From an uncultured Verrucomicrobiaceae bacterium (GTDB lineage: Bacteria > Verrucomicrobiota > Verrucomicrobiia > Verrucomicrobiales > Verrucomicrobiaceae), in contig CAZKMS010000008.1 of NCBI GenBank assembly GCA_964553805.1, positions 399-64,398 of the forward strand: DNA of 64,000 nucleotides, written 5' to 3'. Below are positions 34,772-44,488 of the stretch, one piece after another. The stretch's first letter is position 1; every line of letters starts with the position of its first letter. The position numbers and the translations under genes were made by a program. The notes below the pieces were generated by a model that had not been told where the DNA came from, made no database searches, and saw only the letters and a program-made list of their open reading frames with translations.

Positions 34772-37700
34772 TCACTCCACCTTCATCACGCCGTTCATTA
34801 CCATCCAGTGACCGGGGAAGGTGCATAGGTAGGGGTAGTCGCCCGGCTTCTGCGGCGCGGCAAAGTGAATGGTAAACTCACCCTGTGGATTCACCATGTC
34901 GGTGTAGGCGATCACGTCGTCGCTGTCAGGCACGTAGTGCTTTGCCAGGCCATCCAGGTCGGTGATCATGAGATTGCACTTGTCGCCGAGTTTTTGCAGC
35001 GAGCCGGGCTTCGCGAGCAGCCAGTTGTGCGGCACGACGTCGGGATTTTTGAAAACGATGGCCAGTTTTTCGCCCGCTTTGACCGTGAGTTGTTTTTGCA
35101 CGAATTGCAAACCGAGAGCGGCGTCGATGATGATCTCACGGCCGCCTTCGCCCTTGGCCCAGGGGTTCGGTTTGCCCGGCGTGGGCGCGGTCAAGCCGGC
35201 TTGCGCGGTGTGATTCGTCTTGGCGATCTTCGTGTAACCGGGGAAGGCAGTGAAAGGTTCGGCGAGCGCGTGCGCGGTGAGGAAAAGGTCGTGACCGGTA
35301 CTCAGATGCAAATGCACCTGGCTGGCGGGAACGAGCTGCGGGATTTCGAGGAAGAGCGTTTTGCCGCCATCCAGCTTCTGCACGCTGCGCACCTCCAGCG
35401 GATCGTGGCCGGGAGTGTCGGCAAACTTCACGGAATACTCCGGCGATCCATACTGCGGACCGTAGCGGTAGTTCCAGCACTGCGCGAAGCACGTGGAGGC
35501 TTCCGCTTCCTCCACGGGCTGGTTGAAACGGATGAGCACGCCGTTGTCGCGCACTTCGAAGCCGACGGGCACCGGTTTCCCGCCACCGGTGAAGCGCACG
35601 CGCTGGAAGCAGCCGTCCCTCGGCGTGTAGCTGCCCCAGCCCTGCATGCCGTTCACATAGAGATGGCCATCCTTTGGATTGAAGCGCGCCGCCTGCGGTC
35701 CGGAGTCGAAATTGCCGCTGATCTTCACTGCCGCAGCCTGCCAGCAGCCCTTCACGTTCTGCCGCATGACCAGCCACGCGCTGCCACTGCCAGAGGAGAG
35801 ATGGACGAAGTTGTTGTCGCCCTTGAGACCGGCCCATTCTTCGCCGGTGATGAAAGTTTGCGAGCTGGCGCTGTTGTCCTCGCCGCGCGGAAGGTAAAGC
35901 AACACGGGCTCCGGCGGCTTGCCATCCTTTGGACCGCCCGCGCCGAAATGGGCGCCGAGATTGTGATCGAGTTCGATCTGGCAAATCGAGGTCGCCGGCG
36001 TCCAGTCGCCCTCCTGCACGCTGGTGGTGACGAAGCGGCCATCCGCTGAGATGCCGAGGCCGTTTGGATTGCGGAAGCCGGTGGCGAGGACTTGTAGGGC
36101 GGGCGTCCCGCCTGCCTCGTGTGAACCGGGCATCCTGTCCGGATCTGCGGAGGCGGGCAGAATGCCCGCGGCACTCGTGACAGGCAGGATGCCTGTCCTA
36201 CACAAGCCTTGATTCCCGGACGCGAAATAAAACCGCCCCTCCGCATCCACTTCGAGCCCCACGATGAAATCGTGCCCGCCGGGGGAGGTTTGCATCGCGT
36301 TCGTCACGCACTCATAAAAGTCCGCCTCGTCATCGCCATTGAGGTCATGCAAACAGGTGATTTGATCGCGACCGAGCACATAGAGCTTGTCCTTCACGAT
36401 CTTCATGCCGAGCGGCTGATGCAGCCCGGTGGCAAAACGTTTCCAGCGCAGATTCCCCAGCTTTTCATCAATGCCGCGCACCAGCCACACCTCGCCCGTC
36501 ATCGTGGCAATGGCCGCAGTGCCGTCGCTGAAGAAATCATGCGTCGTGATGAAAAACAACGTGCCATACGGATTCTCAAACGGCAGCGTGAGGCGATCGG
36601 TTGCGAATGGCGTTTGCGTTCCGAGCTCACCCTTGGTTTCGATCCACTTGGGCCATTGGGCCGGGCCGCCCTTGGTGAGCCTGGTCAGATCCCTGCCGTG
36701 ATCGTAGGCAGTCACGAGCTGGTCTCCCGACTGGTTTGAGAAAGAGAAGATCACTTCGTCGCCATGACGGTGGAAACCGCGATACACACCACTCTGCTTG
36801 CGTTCGTTTTTATTGACGACTTTCCCTTCCATCGCGGCCCCACCCATGAAACCATGCCGATGATCGGTGAGCTTGATGAATCCGCCGGTCCAACTGACCG
36901 GAAACGAAAGCGTTTCGGGATCGAAGACATACGACGTGCCGTCTTTTCGAACACACACCGCCTTCGGGATCGTCAAACCCGCGCCTTTGAAGACGCAACT
37001 GAACACGCTGCCGAGATCGCTCGCTGCGAAGCGGCCGTCTTTCCAGGTGACTTGGTCGTTTTGATTGCCCCAGTGGCCCTGCTGGCCGCCATCGAGACCG
37101 GAGAAAGCGGGGATGAGTTCCGGCAAAGGCTTCTGCTTCATGAAGTGCCGCGCCTGCTTGCCGTAGTAGTCGAACACGCGTTCGCGATTCACGAATTCCT
37201 GCCAGTGCATGTTGTCCTCGGTGCGCAGCGGGTTGCGATCCGGCGTGAAGGCGGCCGGTGCGGGCGCGGGCGCGGGCAAAAACCAGCCGAGATCGTCGAA
37301 GTTCCAAAGGCCCAACGTGTTGTCCATGCGCAGACGTGGCGAGTCGCGTTTGCGCGGCTTCATCACGCCGCGTGAGATGCGCACATCGTCGAGAATGCCG
37401 TCGCAACCGCTGTTGCCTTCGACCAGACGGCCAAACGCGATGCCTTCGCTTGCTTTCGTGGCGCCATTGAGCGGTTTGATGGCACGCTCGAGCACCTGTT
37501 TGCCATCGATCCAGAGCACGACGCCTTTGTCGTCGATGCTGGCGAGAAAATCGTGCCATGCGCCATCACAGACGTTCACCTGCGAATCGTAGTCGCCACC
37601 GCGGCCGGGCAGGTAGAGCGCGAGCGTGCCGCGTTTCGCGTGCGTGTAGAGCTCCCAATGGGTGGCGGACGATTTGGTGTCGGACGCAATGAGGATGTTG

Positions 37701-38758
37701 AAGCGATCCTTGCCGTTGATTTTGGCGCGGCACTCGATGCTGAGCGGCAGCGTGCGATACGGTTCGTTGTCGAGTTGGAAATAGCCGCCCTTGAGCGCTT
37801 CGCCGAATTCCTTGCTTAACGAAGGCACACCTTGGCCGATGATTTGCAGCTTGGATTGCACGTTAGCCGTCGGCGCGGCCGGTTGGTCGCTCCACGTGCG
37901 ATACTTCGGCTTCGGGCCGGGCGGATTGTCGTCAAGCTGAGGCACCAGCCACTTGAGGCCGTCAAGGTTGTCGAGCAGGCGGCCTTCGGCGTCCTCGTTC
38001 GTGTGATTGAGGATGCCAATCGGGCCGCTGTAACCGCTGGCGCGGATCTGGCGCAGCACCTTCACATCCTGCGTGCCGACGCCGAGCGGCAGGATTTTGC
38101 GGCCCTTGGTGTCGCCCGCGATGTCCATGCCGTTGAGGTTGAGACAGAGCAGCCAGGGCTTCATCGCTTCGAGCGCCTGCGGCAGGCGGTCGAGGTGATC
38201 GTGGCCGTGGTGGAGGTTGTAAACGATGCCGATGTTGTCCGTGCCGTGGTTCCTCTTCAGGTGTTCGCACACAGCCACCATGTTCTCCGGCTCGCCGCCC
38301 CAGCCGCCGTGGTTGTAGATGCCCACCCGGCTGCCGAGCTTCTTCGCCGTCGCCAAAACCGGCAGCAGACCTTCCGCAGCCGACATGATCTTCGCTTCAT
38401 CGGTGTTGCCCGCGGGCTTCAGCATCATCCAAAGCTGCGGCTGGAGCTTGTGCTTCTCAAACAGCCGGAACGCCTCGTCATGCACACCCCAGAACGCAAA
38501 GAACTCGATGTCGTGCTTTTGATAAGCCAGGACCTCCCGCTCAAACTCCGTCACATGCTCCGCCCGCCAGTCATACGCGATTTTGTGAATGCCCATCTTC
38601 GCGACCATTTCCGCCCGTTCCTCCGGCGAGCGCTTCTTCGCGTCAAAAGGCACGATGCACCACGCGACGAGGTTGGGTTTGTCGAAGAGGTCCGCGGAGT
38701 GGCCCACGAAACACACGGAAAGCATGGAGAGGATCAATAGCAGCGGGCGGTGGAGCAT
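34772..38758 (-). CDS. 1328-aa secreted multidomain protein: xylose-isomerase-like TIM barrel, LamG-like domain, PVC-type 'membrane-bound dehydrogenase' beta-propeller, cupredoxin (azurin/plastocyanin-like)
   Basis: Signal MLHRPLLLILSMLSVCFVGHSADL. TIM-barrel IGIVYNLHHGHDHLDRL. LamG-like ...WHDFLASIDDKGVVLWIDGKQV. Propeller LATGFRNPNGLGISADGRF. C-terminal copper-site pattern VVPHNWLL...YLCTFPGHWMVMNGVMKVE. The ATG at 38758 is in frame in track ORF 34772..38932. Confidence 0.75.
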   Translation of the reverse strand: MLHRPLLLILSMLSVCFVGHSADLFDKPNLVAWCIVPFDAKKRSPEERAEMVAKMGIHKIAYDWRAEHVTEFEREVLAYQKHDIEFFAFWGVHDEAFRLFEKHKLQPQLWMMLKPAGNTDEAKIMSAAEGLLPVLATAKKLGSRVGIYNHGGWGGEPENMVAVCEHLKRNHGTDNIGIVYNLHHGHDHLDRLPQALEAMKPWLLCLNLNGMDIAGDTKGRKILPLGVGTQDVKVLRQIRASGYSGPIGILNHTNEDAEGRLLDNLDGLKWLVPQLDDNPPGPKPKYRTWSDQPAAPTANVQSKLQIIGQGVPSLSKEFGEALKGGYFQLDNEPYRTLPLSIECRAKINGKDRFNILIASDTKSSATHWELYTHAKRGTLALYLPGRGGDYDSQVNVCDGAWHDFLASIDDKGVVLWIDGKQVLERAIKPLNGATKASEGIAFGRLVEGNSGCDGILDDVRISRGVMKPRKRDSPRLRMDNTLGLWNFDDLGWFLPAPAPAPAAFTPDRNPLRTEDNMHWQEFVNRERVFDYYGKQARHFMKQKPLPELIPAFSGLDGGQQGHWGNQNDQVTWKDGRFAASDLGSVFSCVFKGAGLTIPKAVCVRKDGTSYVFDPETLSFPVSWTGGFIKLTDHRHGFMGGAAMEGKVVNKNERKQSGVYRGFHRHGDEVIFSFSNQSGDQLVTAYDHGRDLTRLTKGGPAQWPKWIETKGELGTQTPFATDRLTLPFENPYGTLFFITTHDFFSDGTAAIATMTGEVWLVRGIDEKLGNLRWKRFATGLHQPLGMKIVKDKLYVLGRDQITCLHDLNGDDEADFYECVTNAMQTSPGGHDFIVGLEVDAEGRFYFASGNQGLCRTGILPVTSAAGILPASADPDRMPGSHEAGGTPALQVLATGFRNPNGLGISADGRFVTTSVQEGDWTPATSICQIELDHNLGAHFGAGGPKDGKPPEPVLLYLPRGEDNSASSQTFITGEEWAGLKGDNNFVHLSSGSGSAWLVMRQNVKGCWQAAAVKISGNFDSGPQAARFNPKDGHLYVNGMQGWGSYTPRDGCFQRVRFTGGGKPVPVGFEVRDNGVLIRFNQPVEEAEASTCFAQCWNYRYGPQYGSPEYSVKFADTPGHDPLEVRSVQKLDGGKTLFLEIPQLVPASQVHLHLSTGHDLFLTAHALAEPFTAFPGYTKIAKTNHTAQAGLTAPTPGKPNPWAKGEGGREIIIDAALGLQFVQKQLTVKAGEKLAIVFKNPDVVPHNWLLAKPGSLQKLGDKCNLMITDLDGLAKHYVPDSDDVIAYTDMVNPQGEFTIHFAAPQKPGDYPYLCTFPGHWMVMNGVMKVE
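36092..36202 (-). repeat. 111-nt block of four GC-rich hairpin units lying in frame inside the dehydrogenase gene
   Basis: Plus-strand hairpins: ggcggg-cgt-cccgcc (36098-36112), ccgg(g)-catcctgt-ccgg (36126-36142), gcgggc-agaat-gcccgc (36153-36169), gacagg-caggatg-cctgtc (36179-36197). Translated on the minus strand as CRTGILPVTSAAGILPASADPDRMPGSHEAGGTPALQ. Confidence 0.7.
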
Positions 38759-38912
38759 GCGGGGGGCGGAGATGAATGACAGCCATGCCGGAACCAGGCG
38801 GCCCGGATGGAACAAAAACGGCAGAGCCTGGAATGAACGCGGCCCGAGCGGGTCGCATTGCAGAGGAGCACGGGCCAGGCACGTGCCCAGGCGGCAGGCC
38901 GGCTCCGGCTTC

Positions 38913-41900
38913 TTACTCCAGAGTGATCTCAAACACCAGCCGCAGCACCCCGCCGCGTTGCACCGTGAAGCCGGCGGGCTTCTTTTTCTTATCTGGAAGG
39001 CCAGTCGGGTTCAGCACCAGCAGGCCGTAGTCCCGCGCGTGGCTCCAACAGGGGCGGGAACTCTGCGGCGCTGCCGCGATGCGAATGGCAGCCTTGTCTG
39101 TGCCGTAGCGCCACCATTCCGCCTGCCTGCCCCACAGGGCTTTTTCATCGCTGCGGCCCTCGCTGCTGGTGATGCGGCCTTTGCCATCGCGCACGCTCAA
39201 CCCGGCGGCCATGCGCATGCCGAGGCCCGCCTCCTCCTGGCCGTCGAAGCGCAGATCCTGCTTCTCGCTGCCAATCTCCGTGTGCCATCGTAATGTGATC
39301 CGCTCATTGACGAGGTGGCATGAGAGCCGCGTGGTGTCCCGGCAAATTTCATCACCTTGCTCGCTGAGCCAGCGGCTTTCGGCGGTGAAGCCATCAGAGG
39401 ACGCCCCCAGACTCACCACCTCCACCCGGCCGCGGTTGCGCCAGAAGTCGGTGCCATTGATGCCGCCAAAGGCCAGCCACAATCCCGGGTGCATGTCGGC
39501 GTGGTCACCGGGTTCGTCCTTGGCGGGCGGGAAAGCGCGCGTCAGCCGTGTGCCGCCGCGGTTGTGCAGGTGCGCCAAAAAGGGTCGGCGCACCTGCGGA
39601 TGCGCGCGGACGTAGGTGGCGAATTCCCTGCCATCGAGCTTGAGCACCAGGCCGGCCTCATGCTCCCCGATGCAAAATCCACGGGCCGCATCACCATGAA
39701 CGCGGACGGGTTTTCCGAGCGCGAAAGGCGCCGTGTCCTCCTCTTTGTCCTTCTTGCTCTTTGCGGTTTTTGCAGACTCGCCCTGCAGGAGGTAGGCCAC
39801 GATGTCGGCGCAGCTTTGCGCATCGAGGATGGAACTGAAGGGCGGCATGGCGGAGACGGGCAGCGTCTCGTGCTTTACGATGTCCGCGCGCATGACGCGG
39901 CTGCGCTGGCCGCTGGGCAGGCCGAGGGTGACGGCCAGCCCGCTTTCCTCCAGCAGCACACCAGTTTGCACGCCCGCCTTGGTGGTGATGACATGGGAAT
40001 TGAAACCCTCGGTGATGACAACGCTCGGCTCGAGGATGCTCTGCACGAGGTGCAGCGCGTCGGCGCGTTTGCCGATGCCCGTCAGCTCGGGACCAAAGTC
40101 GTTGCCGCGCCCGGCGTAACGATGACAGGCCGCGCAGGTCGCGCCGGCTGGATGCAGGATAAGCAGGCGGCCGCGCTCGCGATCGGCCTGAGGCAGCGCG
40201 GCGAGGACGGCCTCGACGGTGGTGGGCGCGGCGGGCGGGATGAGCTTCGACGGATCGCCCGCCAGCGGCGCCAGATCCGCCTCTGAAATGGCCTTGTCCT
40301 TCACCAGAAGGCGCGGTCCTTCGCCGCTGGTGATGCGCGCCCAGGACCCGGCTAACTGGCGGGTCTCCTGGTCGGGATCGTTTTGAAAACGCGCGACCTC
40401 CTCCGCTGCCAGCGCGCCGTCCTCCAGCAGGGCGAGCAAGGCGGCCCGGCGCACCCCGGAGCGGGAGTCGCCGAGGAGATTTTTCAAAGCGTCCGTGCCA
40501 GCCAGGTCGCGCAAGGCGCGCCAGGCGCTGTAAAACGTCAGGCGATCTTTTTCGCTGGCGGCGACCTCGATCAACGCGGTCACCACCGTGGCGTCGCGCG
40601 ACTGCCAGAGCGCCTGCACGGCTTCAAAGCGAGTCTTGGCGTCGGGATCGCGGGTGAAGGGAATCAGCAGCGCGGTCTGCTTTTGCTCACCCAGGATGCG
40701 CAGGGCTTGCAGCCGCCGGTTGCCCACTCGTTCAATCTGGCCGGCAAACCAGGACCGCTCACCCATGCGGTGCAGCGTCCACATCAGCCAGGTCTCATCG
40801 GCGACGCTCAGGTCATCGGCATCGAGCGCTGCGAGGACAGCCTGCCTGTCACCGCGGCGGACGAGTGCGTCCTGCTGGTCAATGCGTTGCACGGGCAGCA
40901 CGGTTTTTTCACCGCCGCTTTGCTTCGTCGTGATCCGATAAATGCGGCCCTCATTGGTCATCTGCCCGTCTTGAAATTCCGCGCCGTAACCCCGGCTCCA
41001 GCTCAGGCACCAGAGCGCGCCATCGGGGCCGAAGGCGATGTCGGTGGGGCGGAAGAGCGATTTGCCGCCTCCGATGAAGGGCCGCCACTCGCCGCCTTCG
41101 CAAGTCATGAGCGCGCCCTTCCAGGCGGGTTTGAAAATGAAGGTGGTCTTGTTCAGCCAGTCGTTGATGAAAAAGACATCGCGCTGTGCGCCGAGGCTGC
41201 CGAAGACAATGCCGGTGCCGCTGCCGTGAAACACGTCATGGCTCAGCGGCACGGTGGGCGGGTGTTTTTCACCCGTCCAGGAACTGCTCCAGGGATGGTT
41301 CCAGCCGAAGTGCGCGCCGTAAAACGGCATCAACACGCGGTCGCCCTCGTTTTGATCGTTGTCGGTGCCGAGCCAGTTAAAGGCGTTGTCGTGGGCGATG
41401 TCCCAGGGATTGCGCAGGCCACGCGCAACGATCTGCAAATCCGAGCCGTCCGCCTCGCAGCGCAAGACGCCGCCGGTGACGCCCCAGTCGTCCTTGGGAT
41501 CTTGATAGGTTAGTTTGTAATCCTCCGCTTTGAACGCCCTCGGCGGCGTGGCGGGCGTCTGCGTGGACTGGCCGAACAACTCGCGAAACGCGGCCGGCGC
41601 GATGCGATCCGGCTGCGCGGGATCGTTGAGGCCCTTGGAGTTTCCTTTGCTCATGTAGAGCCGTCCGTCCGGCGCGAAGACCAGCCCGTGCAGGCCGTGC
41701 TCCAGATTGCCCAGGTCCGTGAACAGCTTCACGTATTCATCGGCGATGTCATCGCCATCGAGATCGCGGACGATGGTGAGGTCCGGCGCGTTGGCGATGT
41801 AGAGATCACGCCCGCGCCACGCCATGCCCTGGATGGTGTTCAAGCCCGTGGCGAAGACGTGCGTTTTGTCCGCGGTGCCGTCGCCATTTTCATCGGTGAC

Positions 41901-42149
41901 GATGACCACGCTGTCGCCGGGCGTCTCGGGCGTGGGATTGCGATACTGCGGTCCCATGCCGACGAAAAGACGCCCCTTGGCATCAAAGGCCATGCTGCAC
42001 GGCTGCCGCACCAGCGGTTCACTGGCGAAAATGGAGATGACGAAACCTCCCGGCACCCTGGGCAGGGCTTGCAAATCGGCGGAGGCATCCTCCATTTTGC
42101 CTGCGGCACTGGCGGTGACGCAAAAGAAGGGCAGCAGGAAACGCTTCAT
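38913..42149 (-). CDS. 1078-aa PVC-type heme-binding (CxxCH) protein: dehydrogenase-type beta-propeller, HEAT-like repeats, cytochrome c domain, PmoA/DUF6807-like C-terminal domain
   Basis: Signal MKRFLLPFFCVTASAAG. Propeller FASEPLVRQPCSMAFDAKGRLFVG...GLRNPWDIA. Heme motif CAACHRYAGRGNDFGPEL. C-terminal DHADMHPGLWLAFGGINGTDFW resembles the stand-alone PmoA-like protein at 45385-46353. Confidence 0.8.
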   Translation of the reverse strand: MKRFLLPFFCVTASAAGKMEDASADLQALPRVPGGFVISIFASEPLVRQPCSMAFDAKGRLFVGMGPQYRNPTPETPGDSVVIVTDENGDGTADKTHVFATGLNTIQGMAWRGRDLYIANAPDLTIVRDLDGDDIADEYVKLFTDLGNLEHGLHGLVFAPDGRLYMSKGNSKGLNDPAQPDRIAPAAFRELFGQSTQTPATPPRAFKAEDYKLTYQDPKDDWGVTGGVLRCEADGSDLQIVARGLRNPWDIAHDNAFNWLGTDNDQNEGDRVLMPFYGAHFGWNHPWSSSWTGEKHPPTVPLSHDVFHGSGTGIVFGSLGAQRDVFFINDWLNKTTFIFKPAWKGALMTCEGGEWRPFIGGGKSLFRPTDIAFGPDGALWCLSWSRGYGAEFQDGQMTNEGRIYRITTKQSGGEKTVLPVQRIDQQDALVRRGDRQAVLAALDADDLSVADETWLMWTLHRMGERSWFAGQIERVGNRRLQALRILGEQKQTALLIPFTRDPDAKTRFEAVQALWQSRDATVVTALIEVAASEKDRLTFYSAWRALRDLAGTDALKNLLGDSRSGVRRAALLALLEDGALAAEEVARFQNDPDQETRQLAGSWARITSGEGPRLLVKDKAISEADLAPLAGDPSKLIPPAAPTTVEAVLAALPQADRERGRLLILHPAGATCAACHRYAGRGNDFGPELTGIGKRADALHLVQSILEPSVVITEGFNSHVITTKAGVQTGVLLEESGLAVTLGLPSGQRSRVMRADIVKHETLPVSAMPPFSSILDAQSCADIVAYLLQGESAKTAKSKKDKEEDTAPFALGKPVRVHGDAARGFCIGEHEAGLVLKLDGREFATYVRAHPQVRRPFLAHLHNRGGTRLTRAFPPAKDEPGDHADMHPGLWLAFGGINGTDFWRNRGRVEVVSLGASSDGFTAESRWLSEQGDEICRDTTRLSCHLVNERITLRWHTEIGSEKQDLRFDGQEEAGLGMRMAAGLSVRDGKGRITSSEGRSDEKALWGRQAEWWRYGTDKAAIRIAAAPQSSRPCWSHARDYGLLVLNPTGLPDKKKKPAGFTVQRGGVLRLVFEITLE

Positions 42150-42353
42150 AAGCAGAGGTGCGGACTCACAGGGCGAACAATGATTCCGCCAGCCACCGGC
42201 GCGGCGGTGAGCAACGACGCCGCGGGCAGAAAAGCTCCGGCAGTGAGAAAACGGCGGCGGTCGAGCGGCTTCATGGTCAGATGGGAACAAACAGGAAAAC
42301 GACCCCCAGGCCGGTGATTCCGCCAGATGACCTGCGAAAAATGCCAAAGCCGC

Positions 42354-43199
42354 TCACCTGAGCAGCACCTCGCGGAAGGCGGACGGCGTCTGGCCGGTGT
42401 GGCGGCGGAACCAATGGCTGAAGTAGTCTTCGCCGCGGAAGTCGAGACGGCGCGCGGCTTCTTTGATGGAGAGGCGGCTGTCGGCCAGAAGCAGTCGGGC
42501 TTGGTCCAGGCGGGTGCGCTGGAGGAAGTCCTGCAGCGTCTCCTGCTGCACCTGCCGGAACAAGGCGCGCAGGCCGGAGTAGCTGACGCGCGCCACCTCC
42601 GCCAGTTCGGCGGCGCGCCAGGCGCGCAGGGGACTGGCGAGCACGGTGTCGAGCACGCGCTTCACCGGCGGCGGCACGGGCTGGCCGGTGCTGGGCCAGG
42701 CCTTGCGATGCTCGATCAAAGCGCCGACGACGCGCGTCAGCGTCTCATGCACCTGCCATTCCCAGCCAGCCGGGCGGCGGGCGACCAGGCCGGCCAGCGT
42801 CTCGTAGGCTTGGATGAAAGCGGCAAGCGCCTTGCTGCGCGAGGCAAAGGCAAACTCGCCGGGAAGCAGCACCTCCCGCCAGGCATCCAGGGCCGCGTGA
42901 TTGAAGCGGATGCCGCAGGTCGCCAGTTTGCGGTTTTTTCCCGGCACATAAATTCGCGGCGCCGCCATGTCCGCCAGCCAACAGCGCGGACCGGGAGCGA
43001 GCGGCCAGAGTTGGCCGTCGTGCCGCAGCTCGCCGCTGCCGGAGACGATCCAAAACAGAAACAGCCCCGCTTTGTCCTGCCCCTCATGCCGCTCTGGCTC
43101 GTCACGCCAGGCCCGGCCCAGCGACAGCACATGCCACCACAACCGCCGCGCCGTGGCGGAAGGCTCGACCAGTTGCAGGGCCTCGTGGTGAACGGGCAT
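42354..43199 (-). CDS. AraC-family transcriptional regulator
   Basis: C-terminal HTH pair: ...AELAEVARVSYSGLRALFRQ... and SIKEAARRLDFRGEDYFSHWFRRHTGQTPSAFR. Confidence 0.85.
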   Translation of the reverse strand: MPVHHEALQLVEPSATARRLWWHVLSLGRAWRDEPERHEGQDKAGLFLFWIVSGSGELRHDGQLWPLAPGPRCWLADMAAPRIYVPGKNRKLATCGIRFNHAALDAWREVLLPGEFAFASRSKALAAFIQAYETLAGLVARRPAGWEWQVHETLTRVVGALIEHRKAWPSTGQPVPPPVKRVLDTVLASPLRAWRAAELAEVARVSYSGLRALFRQVQQETLQDFLQRTRLDQARLLLADSRLSIKEAARRLDFRGEDYFSHWFRRHTGQTPSAFREVLLR

Positions 43200-43246
43200 C
43201 GGTCAAAATGAACTGCCCCGGCGCCAAGGCCACTCTCTTTTCCAGT

Positions 43247-44488
43247 TCAGCATCCGTTTTTGTCTCCGCCCTTTGCGTCTGCCGGCAGCAGCCAGACCGC
43301 CAGGATGCCGAGCGCATAGATCAGCGAGCAGAGCGTGCCAACCTTGGGATAATCTCCGCCGAGCAGGGTGAACAACGCCCCCGCCAGCAGCACGCCGCCC
43401 GCCGTGGCGAAGCGGCCGAAATTGTAGGCGAGGCCGCAGCCGGTGGCACGCACCTGGGTGGGGAACATCTGCGGCAGGCACAACGCCAGCCAGCCGAAGA
43501 ACAGCGTGCCAAAGATACCCTGCGTGAACACCACGCCATGGAAGCCCGGCCGCAAGGGCGCGGTGAGCTGGAACATCGCCACCGTCAGCAGCACCGCTGC
43601 GGCACTGATGAGGAGGTAGCTGCGCCGTCTGCCCAGACGCGCCGCGAGCTGCGCGCCAAAAAGACTGCCTAGCACGGCGCCGAGCGCCCACCAGCCCTGC
43701 GTGGCCGCCTTATAGCCGGCGTCCGTGCTGCCCGCCACCGCGTCCGCCCAGGGGATCATCCATTTGCTCGCCGCCCAGGCGCCAACCATCGGGATGCTGC
43801 TGAGCAGGATGCTGGTGAGCGTGACAAGGCGCAGATCAGGAGCAAAAAGATCGCGCAACGGCGTCACCGCTTTCGTTTTTTCAACGGCACGGCTGCGCAG
43901 CCATTCCGGCGACTCCGGCAGCAGCAGCAAAACCAGCACGCCGAGCAGCGCCGGCGCGCCCGCGATTTGGAAAAGCCAGCGCCACGAATCCGGCGTGATC
44001 TCCCATGCGCGCGCAAACTGGGAGAGCGCCACGATGCCCGCGTTCAGCCCAGCCATCATCACGCCGGAGACCACCGGCTTTGACGCGCCGCCCCAGCACT
44101 CGCTCACCAGCGCCATGCCGTTCGGCCACATGCCGCCCACACCCAGCCCGACCAGGAACCGCAGCACCAGCATCTGCTCCTGCGTCGTCACCCAGCCGCC
44201 GAGGGCGGCGAAGCAGGAGTAAAACAGGATGCTCACCCCCATCGCCCGCGCCCGGCCGATGCGGTCGCCCAGCGCGCCGAGGAAAATGCCCCCGAGCGCC
44301 GCGCCCAGCATCAGCGCCGCCGTGAACCGCGCGAACCAAGCGCCGCCCAGCGCGGGCGTGAACGCCTCCCCCAGCAGGCTCTTGGTGATGGAGAGCGAGG
44401 CCACCGGCATCAACCCCAGCTCCACGCCGTCGAAGACGAGGCCGAGAAAGGCGGCGGCGAGCACCCAGAGACGCTTGGACTTAGTCAT
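43247..44488 (-). CDS. MFS transporter
   Basis: 12-TM pattern with an MFS loop motif GALGDRIGRARAM. The start was chosen at MTKSKRLWVLAAAFL and overlaps the upstream gene end by 8 nt. Confidence 0.85.
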   Translation of the reverse strand: MTKSKRLWVLAAAFLGLVFDGVELGLMPVASLSITKSLLGEAFTPALGGAWFARFTAALMLGAALGGIFLGALGDRIGRARAMGVSILFYSCFAALGGWVTTQEQMLVLRFLVGLGVGGMWPNGMALVSECWGGASKPVVSGVMMAGLNAGIVALSQFARAWEITPDSWRWLFQIAGAPALLGVLVLLLLPESPEWLRSRAVEKTKAVTPLRDLFAPDLRLVTLTSILLSSIPMVGAWAASKWMIPWADAVAGSTDAGYKAATQGWWALGAVLGSLFGAQLAARLGRRRSYLLISAAAVLLTVAMFQLTAPLRPGFHGVVFTQGIFGTLFFGWLALCLPQMFPTQVRATGCGLAYNFGRFATAGGVLLAGALFTLLGGDYPKVGTLCSLIYALGILAVWLLPADAKGGDKNGC

